DNA of 54,595 nucleotides, from assembly GCF_001194135.2 (NCBI RefSeq), contig NC_068983.1, positions 92,306,652 through 92,361,246 on the forward strand, given 5' to 3'. Every line of letters starts with the position of its first letter. Positions within the stretch are counted from its first letter, which is position 1. Under the pieces are notes generated by a model. That model was not told the DNA's origin and did no database searches. It saw only the letters and a program-made list of their open reading frames with translations. Below are positions 13,766-26,720 of the stretch, in pieces. The stretch is from Octopus bimaculoides (taxonomy: Eukaryota). Position numbers and translations under genes: made by a program.

Positions 13766-14314
13766 TTTTATTTATTATTTACTTACTTCCTTTTTATTTA
13801 ATTTTTATATTTTATTTTTCATATAAAAGTAAAAATAAGCATTCAGTATTTGAAGACATCTGAGTCATTGCAACTTGTAAATTGCTTTCGAAGTGATTGG
13901 CTGTGAATCTTAATCTTTTTTTTTTTATTTAATCACTTCTGCTCAAAAAAAAAAAAAAAACTTTCAGTCATTTATAAGTGTTATCAAAACATCATGGCAT
14001 ATTTTCTGACAAAGGTAGTGTTTCTCAGGAATAGCTGTATAAAAAAAAATGACAACAAAAATTTTCACCACAGAAGTTCTTTTGTCTGAGATTCAATTCC
14101 ATGTTCAGACTCTGCCAAAACTGATATTGTCTTCCATTGATATAATTAGTGCCTTTTGTATTGAAAATGTGCAGCCTTATGCCAGTGTGTTTGCTTATGT
14201 TCTTGTTTATATAAAGTAAGATGAGAATAGGTCTATTTGCTTTTCAAACTACCAAGTTCAATAAAACTAGTATCACTTGTGCCGATTAAAAAAAAAAATT
14301 TTTTTATTCTGTTA

Positions 14315-14513
14315 CAGGCACTAGGCCTGAAATTTTGGTGGGGAGGAGTTGATTGCATTGATCTCAGTGCACACCTGGTCCTTATTTTATTAAACTGGAA
14401 AGGAAGAAAGGCAAAGCCAAACTTGGTGGAATTTGAACTCAGAACATAAAGATGAGAAAAATGCCACTAAGAATTTTATCTGGCATGCTAACTGTTCTGC
14501 CAGCTCACCACCT
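14315..14513 (-). mobile_element. SINE family 2 copy
   Basis: Reverse complement of ggtggtgagctggcagaacagttagcatgccag...ttctgagttcaaattccaccaag; homologous to 35184 and 35524. Confidence 0.8.
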
Positions 14514-14572
14514 TAATAATAATAATGATAATGATAATGATGATGATGATGATGATGACGACAATGACAATG

Positions 14573-14611
<39 letters not shown>
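14514..14611. repeat. Compound trinucleotide microsatellite (AAT/GAT)n then (ATT)n
   Basis: Seen directly; it produces the poly-Ile ORF 14488-14682. Confidence 0.95.
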
Positions 14612-14984
14612 GCAGTAGTAAATAAAATGCATAGGATTAAGGCAGCATTATGTTGAGCCAAGCCTGTCTTGATTGGAACCAATTCATTTTGAGTGTCTTA
14701 TACCTTTGGAAAAGGCATGAATAGCACAAAATAATTTTGAAATAAATATGAAATATATATTCTGCACAAAACAATGCTTGTTGTTGGCTAGCCCTGATTA
14801 GTTTAACATCTAAACAAACGTATAGCACTAATGTCATCATATGAAATATTTGATTATCATTTCCACCCTGGTTATCACACCTTTAATACGAAATATGTTG
14901 TTCTAAGATTTAGCATAAAATAGATAATGGTGGTGGGGGAGGAGTCATGTAGCCACTGTTCTAGGAGCATCACTGAGGACTTTA

Positions 14985-15158
14985 TCTGTTACTTGTTTCA
15001 ATCATTGGATTATGACCATGCTAGTTTAAGGGTTTAGTTTAACAAATCAACTCCCAGTACTTATTTTTAAGCCTGATACTTATTTTCTCAGTCTCTTTTG
15101 ATAAAGTGCTATGTTAAAATGAAATGAACCAACACCAGTTGTCAAACAATGGTGGGGA
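14985..15158 (-). mobile_element. SINE family 1, 3' half
   Basis: ttacttgtttcaatcattgg...ccagtacttattttt...ccaacaccagttgtcaaacaatggtgggg is the reverse complement of family 1. Confidence 0.75.
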
Positions 15159-15184
15159 CTAACAATTTTTTTTCTTTAGCTCCT

Positions 15185-16130
15185 CTATCATTATTGACTA
15201 TGACCAAGGACATTAGATGGGAGAAGACAAGGCATGATGTATCCAGCTGTAGCCAATCAGTTGGATGCGTGCTTGGAATGCTGTGCCATAGGTTGGACAC
15301 TGGTAATCTGTTGGGACTGAAGGCAAGGAGTTGACTCTGGACTTGCATACTTCACATTTTCTTTGTACTCCTGCAATCCTGTTCTGTTCATAGCAGGTGG
15401 CACCTCTGTTGGTTCAGCTTTGCCAGGCAGGGCAGTCTTGTGCTTGTGTTTCTCAGGTGTTGGGGTTGATATCAAAGCTCTTCATTGAGCTTTAAGTGTG
15501 TCCTTGAAACACTTTTTCTGTCCACTTGCCTTCCACTAGTTCACTGTGAAACAATCTTTTGCGGGGTTGCATATCAGATAGTTTGCCCACTTGACTTGTG
15601 CTCTCCTCAGTAGTGTGTAAATGCTTGGTAGATCAGCTCAAGAGAGCACCTCTGTATATGGGACATTGTCTTGCCAGGTGATTTTCAACAATTTTCTCAG
15701 GCAGTTCATGTGGAAGTGGTTTAGTTTTCCAGTGTGGCATTCATTAACTGGGCAAGACAGGTGTACAGTGGTGTAGACAGTACAGCTGCTTGTCAACTTG
15801 GTGTCCAGCCTAATGCCTCTCCTTTCCAATACTGATTCATGTAGCTTCCCTTGGCGATGCATGTGTCAACTCCATTGTCATTGTTCACAGATCTGGAGAG
15901 TGTACTGCCAAGGTACGTGAACTTATCAACAACTTTCAGGGTATCCCCTTTGACAGTCATGGTTGGTTCCACATATGGCTTCTGCGGGGCAAGTTGGTGC
16001 CTGAGCTCTGCCCTCTGAGTACTGATTCTAAGGTCACTTAGGAAGCAAACTACTTATAACCATGCCTGTACCTGTATGTAGTGTATCTTGCTCAGATTAG
16101 CTTGCTTTTGACCATTTCTCCCCAAGCTAT
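15185..16130 (-). mobile_element. Decayed RTE (BovB-like) LINE, 3' part of ORF2
   Basis: Minus-strand relics LKVVDKFTYLGSTLSRSV, TKL...KLNHFHMNCLRKLLKITWQDNVP.TEVLS and DTLKA..SFDINP, with many stops and frameshifts. Confidence 0.8.
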
Positions 16131-16879
16131 GTTACCAAGTGAGGGATTTGAACTCACTGTTACTTTCTACTGTAAGATCCATCAGTTTTACAATACTACT
16201 ACTGCTTTCAGTGGAAGATTGTTCTACCTTGTACCACCTGTTTAAATTTTATAGCTCTCTGTCATAATCACAGACACAGCACAATGTTACTGAGAGTTAG
16301 AATCTGGTACTTTGTTTACTCAGCTATCTATGTTGTCATTAAAACTTATGGACTCCATTTTAAAGAGTGAGTAGGAAGTTTGCTTCACCCCATTTGCTAT
16401 ATTTAGTGTGAAATTAAAATTCTTTGTTGACTTACACACAGAAACATTACTAATGGAATTTTAGTTTTAATGATATCTCATTCCATACTTAAACACTGCT
16501 GAAGTTGGGTTTAACCAGTTCCCAATAACTGTTAACATATTTAATACTTCACTTCATATTTATTTCTGTAGCTTTCTAATGCTCCATGCATTTGAATATT
16601 AACACTAACTTATTAATAGTCAATTGATTAAATATCTAACCAACAAACTAATTGATAGTTTGTTTAATGTGCTGGTTAAACAATTGGTTGTTAGTTAAAC
16701 TTATTTCATCACTGTTCACAACCTAACTTATTGTTTTCTATGCAAATGATGTCCCTGAATTATTTACTTTTTTGCATTAGGCTTTGACTATCATCCCTCT
16801 TGATTGATAAAATATGTACTTGTAGTGTAATGGAGTTCATTGAATTACTTATAATTGTACCTGGGAAAAGAAAGCGAAC

Positions 16880-18000
16880 AAAAAAAAAAACAAGACATTA
16901 TTGATAGTTGCATTGATGCCAATATAAATCGGTGGCTTTATCAGGTGATAAAGCTTTAGTTCTTGTGTTCATGTTGAGCATCATTACTGTTACTGTTCAT
17001 ATTCTTTCTGCTCTTTTATTTGCTCTTTTTATCTCAGTCTTCAGAAATGTACAAACTGTAAGACTGCCTGTAAATTTTTAGCACTGACTTGTCTATAATC
17101 TTCCTGGCAATTTAGATTTTCCCTAAAATTGACCTACTTTTCCTGAATTCATTTTGGTTTCTTTGCAAGATCTTCTGAAGTTCTAGTTGCGTGTGTTTCA
17201 GCAACAATTTGATGCACCATTACTATTTATCATCTGCCTTGATTGTCTTTTGCACAGCCACTGAAAAAGGTTAAAAAAAAGAAAAACTCCTGCTTCAGCA
17301 GCAAAATCCATCGCTCTCAGTGCTCTATCACCACAATTACAAATGCAGATTATACTGATATCTTCTACATCACCTTGAAAATCCCTGGAGATATGGTCTT
17401 TATGTCAGTGCCTCAAAAATTTAATACATCTAGTTCAGTCAATCTGAAGGAATCAATAAACACAATTAAAATCCTTTAAAGTCTGTAGACTTTTCCATAT
17501 ACATTACATCTAAAGAAAAGGATGTAAAAATTTATCTTGCAAAAGCTTGAGCAGTTCTTGGCCTTAGTGTTATCTTAGAGTCCTCACTATCAGTTGATCT
17601 TAAAAGAAGTTTCTTTTGTGTCTGGAATCAATGCTATTGTATGGTTCTACTGCTTGAACACTTACCAAGCATCTGGAGATAAGGTTTGATGGTGCTTAAC
17701 CTCACATGTTACAGATCATCCAACCAAAAATTGCACAACATTCTTCTTGCAATCACATCTGGTCAATTGAGAGAGACTCTTATGCTTTGTAGTATTTTGC
17801 TAGAAGACTAAGCAAGTACTCATTAGTGAGACACTCCTATGGGTACTTTCACATGCATATGCCTGGACCAGCTATCTAGCCATATACTGATCAATTTGTA
17901 CAGACACAGGATGTTGCTATGTTAAGCTACCAAACACTAAACAGAACCATGATGAGCAGCATAATCCAGTGAAGCAAATCCAAGCAAAGTAAACAAGATG
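16880..18000 (+). mobile_element. Decayed RTE-type LINE reverse-transcriptase fragment
   Basis: ITTITNADYTDI (YADD relic, about 17330-17360) and ESMLLYGSTA*TLTKHLEIRFDGA (about 17625-17695). Boundaries approximate. Confidence 0.65.
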
Positions 18001-18350
18001 ATGATTAATAGTTGTGTTCATGTGATTCAGTGGAAAATCCATTTTCTCCTAGTAGTACTTGATTTAGTGTTTCTTTTTGCATTTTGTTTTTCAATGGATA
18101 ATTCATTACACATGGTAACCAGTAGTATGAATTCAAATTAAGGATTAGTTAATGGAAGGTAAAACATTATGCACAACAACTTCTCATGAGTTGAGTTGTA
18201 GATAGGTAGGTAGGTATAAACATTGCTATGAAATTACTTTACTTCATTGATTGTTTAGGCTTTTCTTAATTTCATACAAATATATTACATATGTAAGTCC
18301 ATAGCTACTTACTTGACGTATAACATGTACATGCATGATGTATGTATATG

Positions 18351-18478
18351 CATGCATGCCATGATCAAGCTGTAGGTTTAGTGACAAAAAGTGATAAAGA
18401 AATATAATTTGTTGGCTACTGTGAAAGAGTAGTTCCTGAAGATACCAATGTGAGTGAGGAGAATACTGGATCAGTACA
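18351..18478 (+). pseudogene. Decayed intronic copy of the 5' part of exon C (pseudo-exon)
   Basis: Aligns without gaps to 20371-20498 at about 103/128 nt by hand count. Translates HACHDQAVGLVTKSDKEI*FVGYCERVVPEDTNVSEENTGSV, with TAA at 18405-18407 and no splice acceptor. Confidence 0.9.
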
Positions 18479-18791
18479 TATATGTATATTTATCCAAACT
18501 TACGTATAAGCATATGTATCTGCTGAAATGATATTTTACATTCATAGAACTGCATGCACAAATGTACTCATATTAGTATGCTCACTTACACATTCTCATA
18601 TGCATACATATATATATGTGAGTATGCACATGTGCATGCACACACTCAGTGTATATCTCATTCATGCACCCACACATACATATGTTAATACACATACACC
18701 TTAACTACACATACTACAGATCTATTTGTCTATCAACATGTCCTCTTTAGTTGTAAATCTATACTAATCAGTATATTTGATTTCCTTTTAG

Positions 18792-18872
18792 GCTATCTAT
18801 ATTTCACGGATTATTGATGGAGCTGCTGCCCACAGGGATGGAAATTTGTTCGTGGGAGATCGCATCCTCTCG
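18792..18872 (+). CDS. scrib: Scribble-like gene, internal coding exon B (middle of PDZ2)
   Basis: Acceptor tttccttttAG (18790-18791) and donor GTaaaa (18873). 81 nt, phase 0-0. Translates AIYISRIIDGAAAHRDGNLFVGDRILS, continuing exon A in frame; typical PDZ I(S)RI..GG.A...G.L.VGDRIL segment. Confidence 0.92.
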
Positions 18873-19378
18873 GTAAAATTTTCCCTTTGCACTCTTTCTT
18901 TTGCTTATACTGTTACAATCTTTTTCTGTGTGTTATGATGCTTGTATGATCATCCAGTTGTTTTCATTTTGTGTTGAATTACCATATCTGTATTTTTATG
19001 TATACTTGTGTATGTGTATACACACCCTCTTTTGCTTTCTCACACACATGTGCATGCAAGTGTGCACACACACTCACACACAAAGGTTAGCTGTATAACA
19101 ATATCCAATATTTATTTATAGTTGAGTGGTAAAAAATGAAATTACATGTAGCTATGAAAATTTGCAAGTTTATTGGAAAATGAATATAAGCTTGTTTTAA
19201 AGAGATTAAAGTCAGTCAGTAAGTAATATCCAAATTGACAACATGATGCTTCAACTATGAATTTAATGTATATTAGAAATTTTAAAATATTTTTGTCAAT
19301 CTCAACTCACTTCAATGCTAAACAGTCAGAACTGTCAAACAAAATAATTTTATAGAATTTCAACAAATCCAAAGAATC

Positions 19379-20270
19379 ATCATCATCATCTACTTTCCAT
19401 GATGGCATGGGCTAGACAGTTTGACAGGAGCCTTATTTGTCTATTTTGGCATGGTTTCTACAGCTGGATACCCTTCCTAATGCCAATCACTTTACAGTGT
19501 ACTAGGTGCTTTCATGTGGCACTGGCACAGTGCTTTTATATGACACCAGCATGAGTGCTTTTATGTAGCACCAGCACCCATGAGCTAACATGACTAGGAG
19601 CTCTTGGCTGAGAGAGAGAGATATAGAGAACATGCCTGTATGCATGGAAAGTCATGATTTTACTTAACTTGATGTGTCTTCTCAAGCACAGCAAACTGCC
19701 AGATGTCTTGGCCCCTTGTCTTCTCTGTGAGGCCCAACATCTGAAGATCTTTTCTCACCATATCCCACATCTTCCTGGGTCTACCCCTTCCACATGTTCT
19801 ATCCACACTTCTTGATGCAGCTGTCCTCATTTATATGTATCACATGAGCATACCAGTGCAGTCTTCTACACACTACATCTGATGCCTCTTATACCCAGTT
19901 TATCACTCAAATCACGTACACTCTGTCATACACGTACACTGAGCATACTGGTATCATTTCTTTCAGCATACTGATGTCATTTCATGTCCACAGTAGTCAC
20001 AGCCCATGTCTCACTGCCATGTAGCATAGCTGTTCATACACAGGCATCATACAATCTTACTTTTACTCTGAGGGAGAGGCCCTTTGTTACTAACAGAGGT
20101 AGTAGCTCTCTGAACTTATCCAGCTACACTTTCAGAACTACTCCTCCAATAATAACTTGATCACCTAAGTAAGGCAAACTGTCTACTACCTCTAAGGATC
20201 CCTACTGGACATTTTCTGTACATTCCTGGTGTTTAATATACCTGCACATGTACTACATTTTGAATAATTT
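19379..20270 (-). mobile_element. 5'-truncated RTE LINE in the intron between exons B and C
   Basis: 19690-20270 is homologous to the thumb region at 38940-39490 (LEVVDS..YLGD; VRLYDAC..TAMLHGSETWA) and runs into the (GAT)n-tailed 3' end at 19379. Confidence 0.85.
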
Positions 20271-20349
20271 GAAGTTTCAAAGGTTTTTCTATATCTTTTT
20301 CTTTTTTCTTTCTTTTCTGCATCACTGAGAAATATTTATTCATTTCCAG

Positions 20350-21147
20350 ATCAATGGTATTGATATGCAAGATGCACGCCATGACCAAGCTGTAGCCTTG
20401 CTGACAGGAAGTGATAAAGAAATAAAACTTGTTGTCTACCGTGAAAGAGTAGTTCCCAAAGGTGCGAATGTGAGCATGGAAAGCACTGGATCGGTACAGA
20501 AGTTACCACAAATGACACAACCACGTATCACTTGGACATCACAGCCTGCTGCAGATATATCTTTGCCATCAGTTTCATCTGGCTACAACAATCAGCCTAT
20601 GGTTCTTAAAGAACCAAGCAGCATTCATGCAGAGCCTGCTTCTGCAACTCCTCATTTATACAAGCCTTCTATATCAACTTCTACAGTTCCTACTGCTACT
20701 ATTACTTCTACTACTACTACTGTTACCAATCAACAGGCCTCCCCAGCTCTCCAAACCATCAGACACTCGTCACACTCACCAAATATTTCTTCTGCTTGCA
20801 CATCTCCATCTTTTCGAACTTTGTCATCTGACTGGACAACTCCACCACCCACAATCCAGCCACCACGCTTCCATTACCCAGGTTATAGTAAGTCTCCTAC
20901 AGTAGCTACAAAATTTACAAGCAATGAACAAAAAGAATCTTTTATGCAAACCAAATCTTCTTCAGCAAGTGTTTATCAGTCTCCTGTGAAATCTAGTGCT
21001 GACTCCCGGGCCAGCACAAGCAGTGTTAGCACCAGAGCAGGGCTCCCAACAGTATCTGGGAGCAGCTCAATCCCACTGCTTACTTCACGTGACCGGCTAC
21101 CTAGGGCTAATTTGAACCATGAAGAATCGCATGCTTATCCAGTTGAG
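20350..21147 (+). CDS. scrib: Scribble-like gene, internal coding exon C (end of PDZ2 plus Ser/Thr/Pro-rich linker to PDZ3)
   Basis: Acceptor catttccAG (20348-20349) and donor GTaagt (21148). 798 nt, phase 0-0, same frame as ORF 20365-21180. Begins INGIDMQDARHDQAVALLTGSDKEIKLVVYRE and ends HAYPVE. From memory of Scribble orthologs, PDZ2 ends ..ARHD.AV.LL...ERE and 'YPVE' directly precedes PDZ3; symbol assigned on that recollection. Confidence 0.88.
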
Positions 21148-24100
21148 GTAAGTTTACCAGGCTGTCAAATTCCATCTTGACACTTCATTGCAGACTACAT
21201 GCTGAATGCTTTGGAAGCGGTATTTTTTAGTAATTTTCTAACATCAGCTGCTATATAATTATTGAAGATTAAAAAGACCCTTAGCGATCTTTTGCTGTTT
21301 TTTGGTATTTTTTCTCCCTCCCACTGTTTTTATTCCATCAGCCAGCACATTTTGTACATTTCAACATAATCTTTGAGTTGAATTTTTCTTTCATCAAAGA
21401 ACAAAATTTTTAGGTGCTTTTTTGCCAATATTCCTTTCTCTTGCCTTTCAACAAATTTTTTTTTATTGAAGTTCTTGTAACAGAAACATGAAGATTTAAA
21501 AGTTTTTCATCTAAAAATAATTATACCACTAGAATATTCACATTTTTATTGTTTCCTTTAATTTCTACCTGTCATATTTTTAATGTCTGAAGACAATTTC
21601 TTCACATTTCCTTTCCCCAATGGAAAAATGAATTTAGCAAATTTATAAGTATTTCCTGAATCCCCCTCCCCAAATAAAAACAAGCTGTTTTTAAAAAGCT
21701 AAGAAACTAAATCCAATCCTGTTTATATTATTGACCCTTCCCCCATATTTTTTTATTCCAGGTCTATTTCATTTTTGTGTCAAGATATATATGTGTAAAC
21801 CAAAATCAGTGGGCTGGCTCTATTTAATTTATCCAACCCTATGTCAGTATATAAATTCCTCCCCATTGTTGCTACGTTACATGCTCCACTTTCTGCTCTT
21901 GTTTATTGATTTCATATTTGAAAGTTGTTCTGTTTCTACAAGTTTTCAAAACTTATTTCTTACCATTTCAAATAATACTTTAGAAATTATTCTTCTCTCC
22001 TATATATTGCATTTTCATTTCTAGCAGATTTCTGTAAATTGAAAGTAATTATAAACATAGTGTTTAATCACAGAAGGTATTGCAAGATTGAACTATATAC
22101 TGCTAAGTGAGCAATAATATTGGCTTTATTGGGTAATAGATGGTTAATACTTGTAGAACCTATCTGAAACCAGATGATCATCAAGTAATAAAATTGAACA
22201 CTAAAATTTCCTACTTACTTAATCCTCATCTAACCTCTTGTTACTACCTTTGCAGGCAGATACTTTAAAATCGTAAAAAAATGCATGTCAGTTATGATAT
22301 ACTTCTCTGTATTTCATAATTCTTAAACTATTGAATTATACTTTTTTTTTTTTTAATCATTGTTAATGTGCATTTTAAAATATTATGGAGTGCTTTCTTT
22401 TTATAAATTACTTTTCTGACAAACCCACAGAAGGCAGATGGATAAAATATTCCATAAAATTATAAAACTGTATCATTGGTTTCTTGATATGCCTTTTCAC
22501 TTGAATAAATTTTTATATTGAGTTTCTCTGGAAAAGGTGTAGCAAGAAATATTAAACACTTGTTATTTTTCTCATTCATTCTAAGCCACAAATAGTTTTG
22601 ATTGAAATTGGACATAAGAATATGAAGTTTCAGTCAACACTTTCTTATATATTCATTGTAAAATGCATTATTTTCCTTTGTACATGTGAACCCCTTTCAA
22701 TACAAAAGAACTAAAGAACTCAGAGAGGAAATATATTATTTCCTATGAATTTTAAGTAACTAAGATTTATTATTCAACAATTCAGTTAAATCCTTCTAAG
22801 AATATCTCTGAAATGAGATGTTGGTAGTTTGAAAATACAAGATATTTGTTATTTCTATTTTTGCTTTGATTACCATTATAACAGTGGTAGTGATTGTTGT
22901 TGTTTTCTTATTATTGTTGCTGCTGTTGTTATTATTGTATGAAAACTAGAAAGCTGGTAATTTTTATATTCTAAAGACTATTTTTGAGTAACATGGCTTG
23001 ACCTGGGAAGCTCACACATCATTATATTTGAAATATCTTTTTAAGTAGTGATTAAATATTCAGGGTATCTATTTCAATAAATATAGGTCATGCATATGTA
23101 CACGTACACACACACATACACACACAAATGTGTGTGTTGTGTGCACATAGAGGATGCTATATAATTGAATGATAATCTCTACAGATTTTCTATAGAAGAT
23201 TAACAATTAAAAGAAATGAGTAGGCAACACATATTGTGTAGGCTGAATATTTATATTTACAGTTTAACTCAGATTTTCATAGTTAAAAGCTTTACAGGCA
23301 CAAAAACACATCTCATCATTTGGATACTTTAATACTGAAATGTCTAAATTATCAAGATATGTTTTGTGCCTTTAAAACTTTTGGTAATATTCCTATCAAT
23401 ATATATTTGTAATTTAATTTGGGAAGTTTCTTGTATTAATTTATTCAATTTTGAAGTAGTAAGTAATGTTGTTCATTTAAACTTTTAATTATAAATTTTC
23501 TTAAGTGCTGTAAGGTATTGTCTGCACATATACCTAACCAGACATTTTACATCTAAATCACACTGCCTTTGCATTTTCTGTTTTAATTATTTCAGATTAT
23601 ATAAACCATTTTGACCCCTCTGATCCTTAAAATGTTTGGTCACTTATTTGTTATGTTCAGATATCAAATAAGAAGGTGGAGATGTTTGAGTCAGTCAATT
23701 GCTTGATTAAATGCTGTGTTCCTTTTAGTTTCCTTGCTCATTGCTGAATTCAAATCTTCTCAACTTCAGCTTTGTTTTTAATTCTACCATAGCTGATTAA
23801 ATCAAATACCAGTGATATACTGAGATTAATGCAACCATCTTTACCCTTACCTATAAAAATTGGCCTTAAGCCTATGTACAAAATGGTTTTAAGTGTCAAA
23901 AAATTTGAAAATTTGTCAAGTGTTGAAGACATTCCTATTTTCCAGGAAATATTACTTCTCTTATTTTACAGAGATTCTACAGATTGAATATTTGTATCAA
24001 ATTTATTTCATAAATGTTTGAATTTTTAAAGAATACTAAACATTTTGGATTCTGGACAGTTTATATAATACAAAATGACAACTGAAGAGAGATAAACACT

Positions 24101-24776
24101 TTTTTTTTTCCATTTTCTTTTTTTTTTTCTATTGATGAGCAAAAAATTGTTCTAACTGGTGAATAAATTTAAAGTCAACTCTAAATTAGCTACCCCCCCC
24201 CCCAATCTATTATTATGCTGGTTTATCTCTATTTCACATTTTGCTATTCTGCAATAGAACAAACTACATATACCACAACAATCAGTTAACTATCATCTGT
24301 TAGAAATTCCTACAATTATTTCTTTCCTTACTTTCTTCATGTTATTTCTTTGATGTGACCATGAATTTGTTTCTAAGATGGATATTTTTATTCAATGTGT
24401 GTTGGTATTTGGTATTTTTCATCTCAGGGAGAACCTATTTATGACTTAGGTAAAACTGAGTAATGTTTTTCAAATACTCTAGAATTATCATAAAAGGATG
24501 CACTGTTTCTTTTTATTTGTTTTTTTTTTTTTTCTATGAAAGTAATTTTCTTTATCTACAAATTATTTCATTTCATTTGTTATACCACTTGTTTTTTTTT
24601 TTTGTTTTTTGTTGTTTTTTTTTCCCCTTATAAACCAAAGCACTGTGATTTGTAACAACATCTGCTGTGCAATGAACTTATTGCTATGAAACAAGGTTTC
24701 ACCTGAAATCTCTGTACTTCCTTGACAAAATTTGTACAGGTTGAAATATACTTAAACAAAAACCAAACCCTCACAT

Positions 24777-24814
<38 letters not shown>

Positions 24815-25411
24815 TGGTATGCATTGTGTCTGTGTATGTATACACATATATAAGACATGCTTTTTTCTTCTCCAAACATGTTTGTAGAATTAATTTCCAT
24901 TAAATGTTGAAAAAAAAAGCCAATAAGATTTTTAAGAATATTTACAAATTTTCTTTTCCATGTGTTCTTTTCAGTTAGTTTTTTTCTTTGTGTGTGTGTG
25001 TGTGTGTGTGTGTTTCTTAGTGAATTTTCAATATGTTAACATTGAAATATTTCATTCATTGTGGTGATTTTTATCAACTTTCTAGAGAGGCATAAATGCA
25101 TATACATCTTGAATATACAAAGTATTTTTTTTTCTTTTTCTATTCCATGATTTTTCTTCCCTTCATATTCATCAACTTTGTAATTTTCACTCATTTACAT
25201 GATTCACTGCCCTCACTCACATGCTAAATTTAGTTGGATTTAAAATGGTTCAAAAAAAGCAACAGCTCTTAATCCCATCAGTATCATGGTTCACCATCCA
25301 ACATATTTAATTTCAAAGTAGAAACACTGGGTACATTATTACAATTGTGGAAGCATTTCTATTTCCTTATGGTTCATATATTTATAAGTAAGTGTGTGTG
25401 TTTGTGTGTAT

Positions 25412-25446
<35 letters not shown>

Positions 25447-25462
25447 AGAGTGAGGTATATGT

Positions 25463-26240
25463 GTGTTCAGGCCAAATTTGACAGTTTGATGAAAAAAAAA
25501 TTTTAAATCAAAATATATCAACTAGATTATTTCTGGGAGGTGACAGTTTACTCAAAATAACTGTCCTCACCTTCCATTACAACCTCAAGATAGCTCCAGA
25601 ACCTGGTGCATGCATTCTTCACTGTGTCTCTGAGATTTGCAAACATTTTGATCTTGGCCACCAGTTTGGTTTTTGTGTTGCAAGTAGAATGGTTGGTATA
25701 TTTTTCAACCATGCCCAACATTACAATCAAGAGAATTAAGTGGCCAGAAATTGAGGCTGCTGAAGTGATAGAAATTCTTTAACAATTACTTCTGAAACTT
25801 ACCAGAGGTATGGTTTCGAGCTGAATCTTGCTAGCCTTCCAGCAGAAATCATCTCCGGCCAAGGTTTGACCACAGTCTCCAGTTACTACACATAGCCACC
25901 TGAATTGAGTCTACGGCCTTGTTCAAAAATGTAGGGTCGCATAACATCACCCTCACAAGAGATATACCGAAAAACCATCACAGTTTAGGGGTACTTGGTT
26001 TCCATGATGTCCATGTCACATCTTGCAGCCTACCATTTTGATACCTGGCATAAATTATCATGATACAGGTAACTCTTTTCCATTATTCAGATGGCTTTCA
26101 GTCCTCCAGGTTAGCTAACTTTTCCTCTCAGTTACAATTTCAATCATCATGCTCTCTAATGCCATTGACTATTCACCAGTACATCAATCAGTCCCTGATA
26201 GAAAAGAGTCATTAAAAATTGCCAAATTTAGCCTGAACAC
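25463..26240 (-). mobile_element. Tc1/mariner (DD37D/maT-like) internally deleted transposon
   Basis: TIRs GTGTTCAGGCCAAATTTGACAGTTT (25463) and the reverse complement GTGTTCAGGCTAAATTTGGCAATTT (ending 26240). Transposase relics KYP*TVMVF.YIS.EG.VM.P.IFEQG, QDSA..HTS, FWPLNSLDCN and ACTRFWSYLEVVMEGEDSYFE*. Confidence 0.85.
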
Positions 26241-26353
26241 CATTGCGTTTGTGTGTATATATTATGTGTATATGCATAGCTATATAAAGTATATGTATGC
26301 ATAGATTTATAAGTGTGTGTGTGTATATATAGATATGTATATAGATTGATAAA

Positions 26354-26403
<50 letters not shown>

Positions 26404-26720
26404 GTTTGAGAGAGAGAGAGAGATTGATAACTATATGTGTGTGTGTGTGTACATATACACACACTTGCAAACACACACAGATGTGTATGTATGTATCTAT
26501 GTTTATACATTTATATGTAAAGGTGCATGACCTAGTGTTGCACACACAATCACAATATTGTGGTTTCAATTCCTGAATACAATACACCACTTGGTCCAGG
26601 AAAAAAAGAAATCATGAGCTTGCAACCATGAGTGCAACAACTATTTGGCCACAAGCCTTCACTGTTTGTGCGTATATCTCTCTATCTATCGGTCTGACTT
26701 TCTGTCTATTTATCTATCGA

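Noticed and set aside
14514-14611. (AAT)n followed by (ATT)n, able to self-pair
   Set aside because: Simple-repeat polarity switches are common in this kind of genome; nothing specific supports function.
20627-20905. Leu-rich alternative-frame ORF inside exon C
   Set aside because: Frame-shifted reading of the (ACT)-rich Thr/Ser codons; no independent support.
24739-24780. ttgtacAG|GTTGAAATATACTTA (VEIYL...) as a candidate PDZ3 exon
   Set aside because: No GLSI/GLGF motif follows; it runs into a (TA)n tract with no donor.
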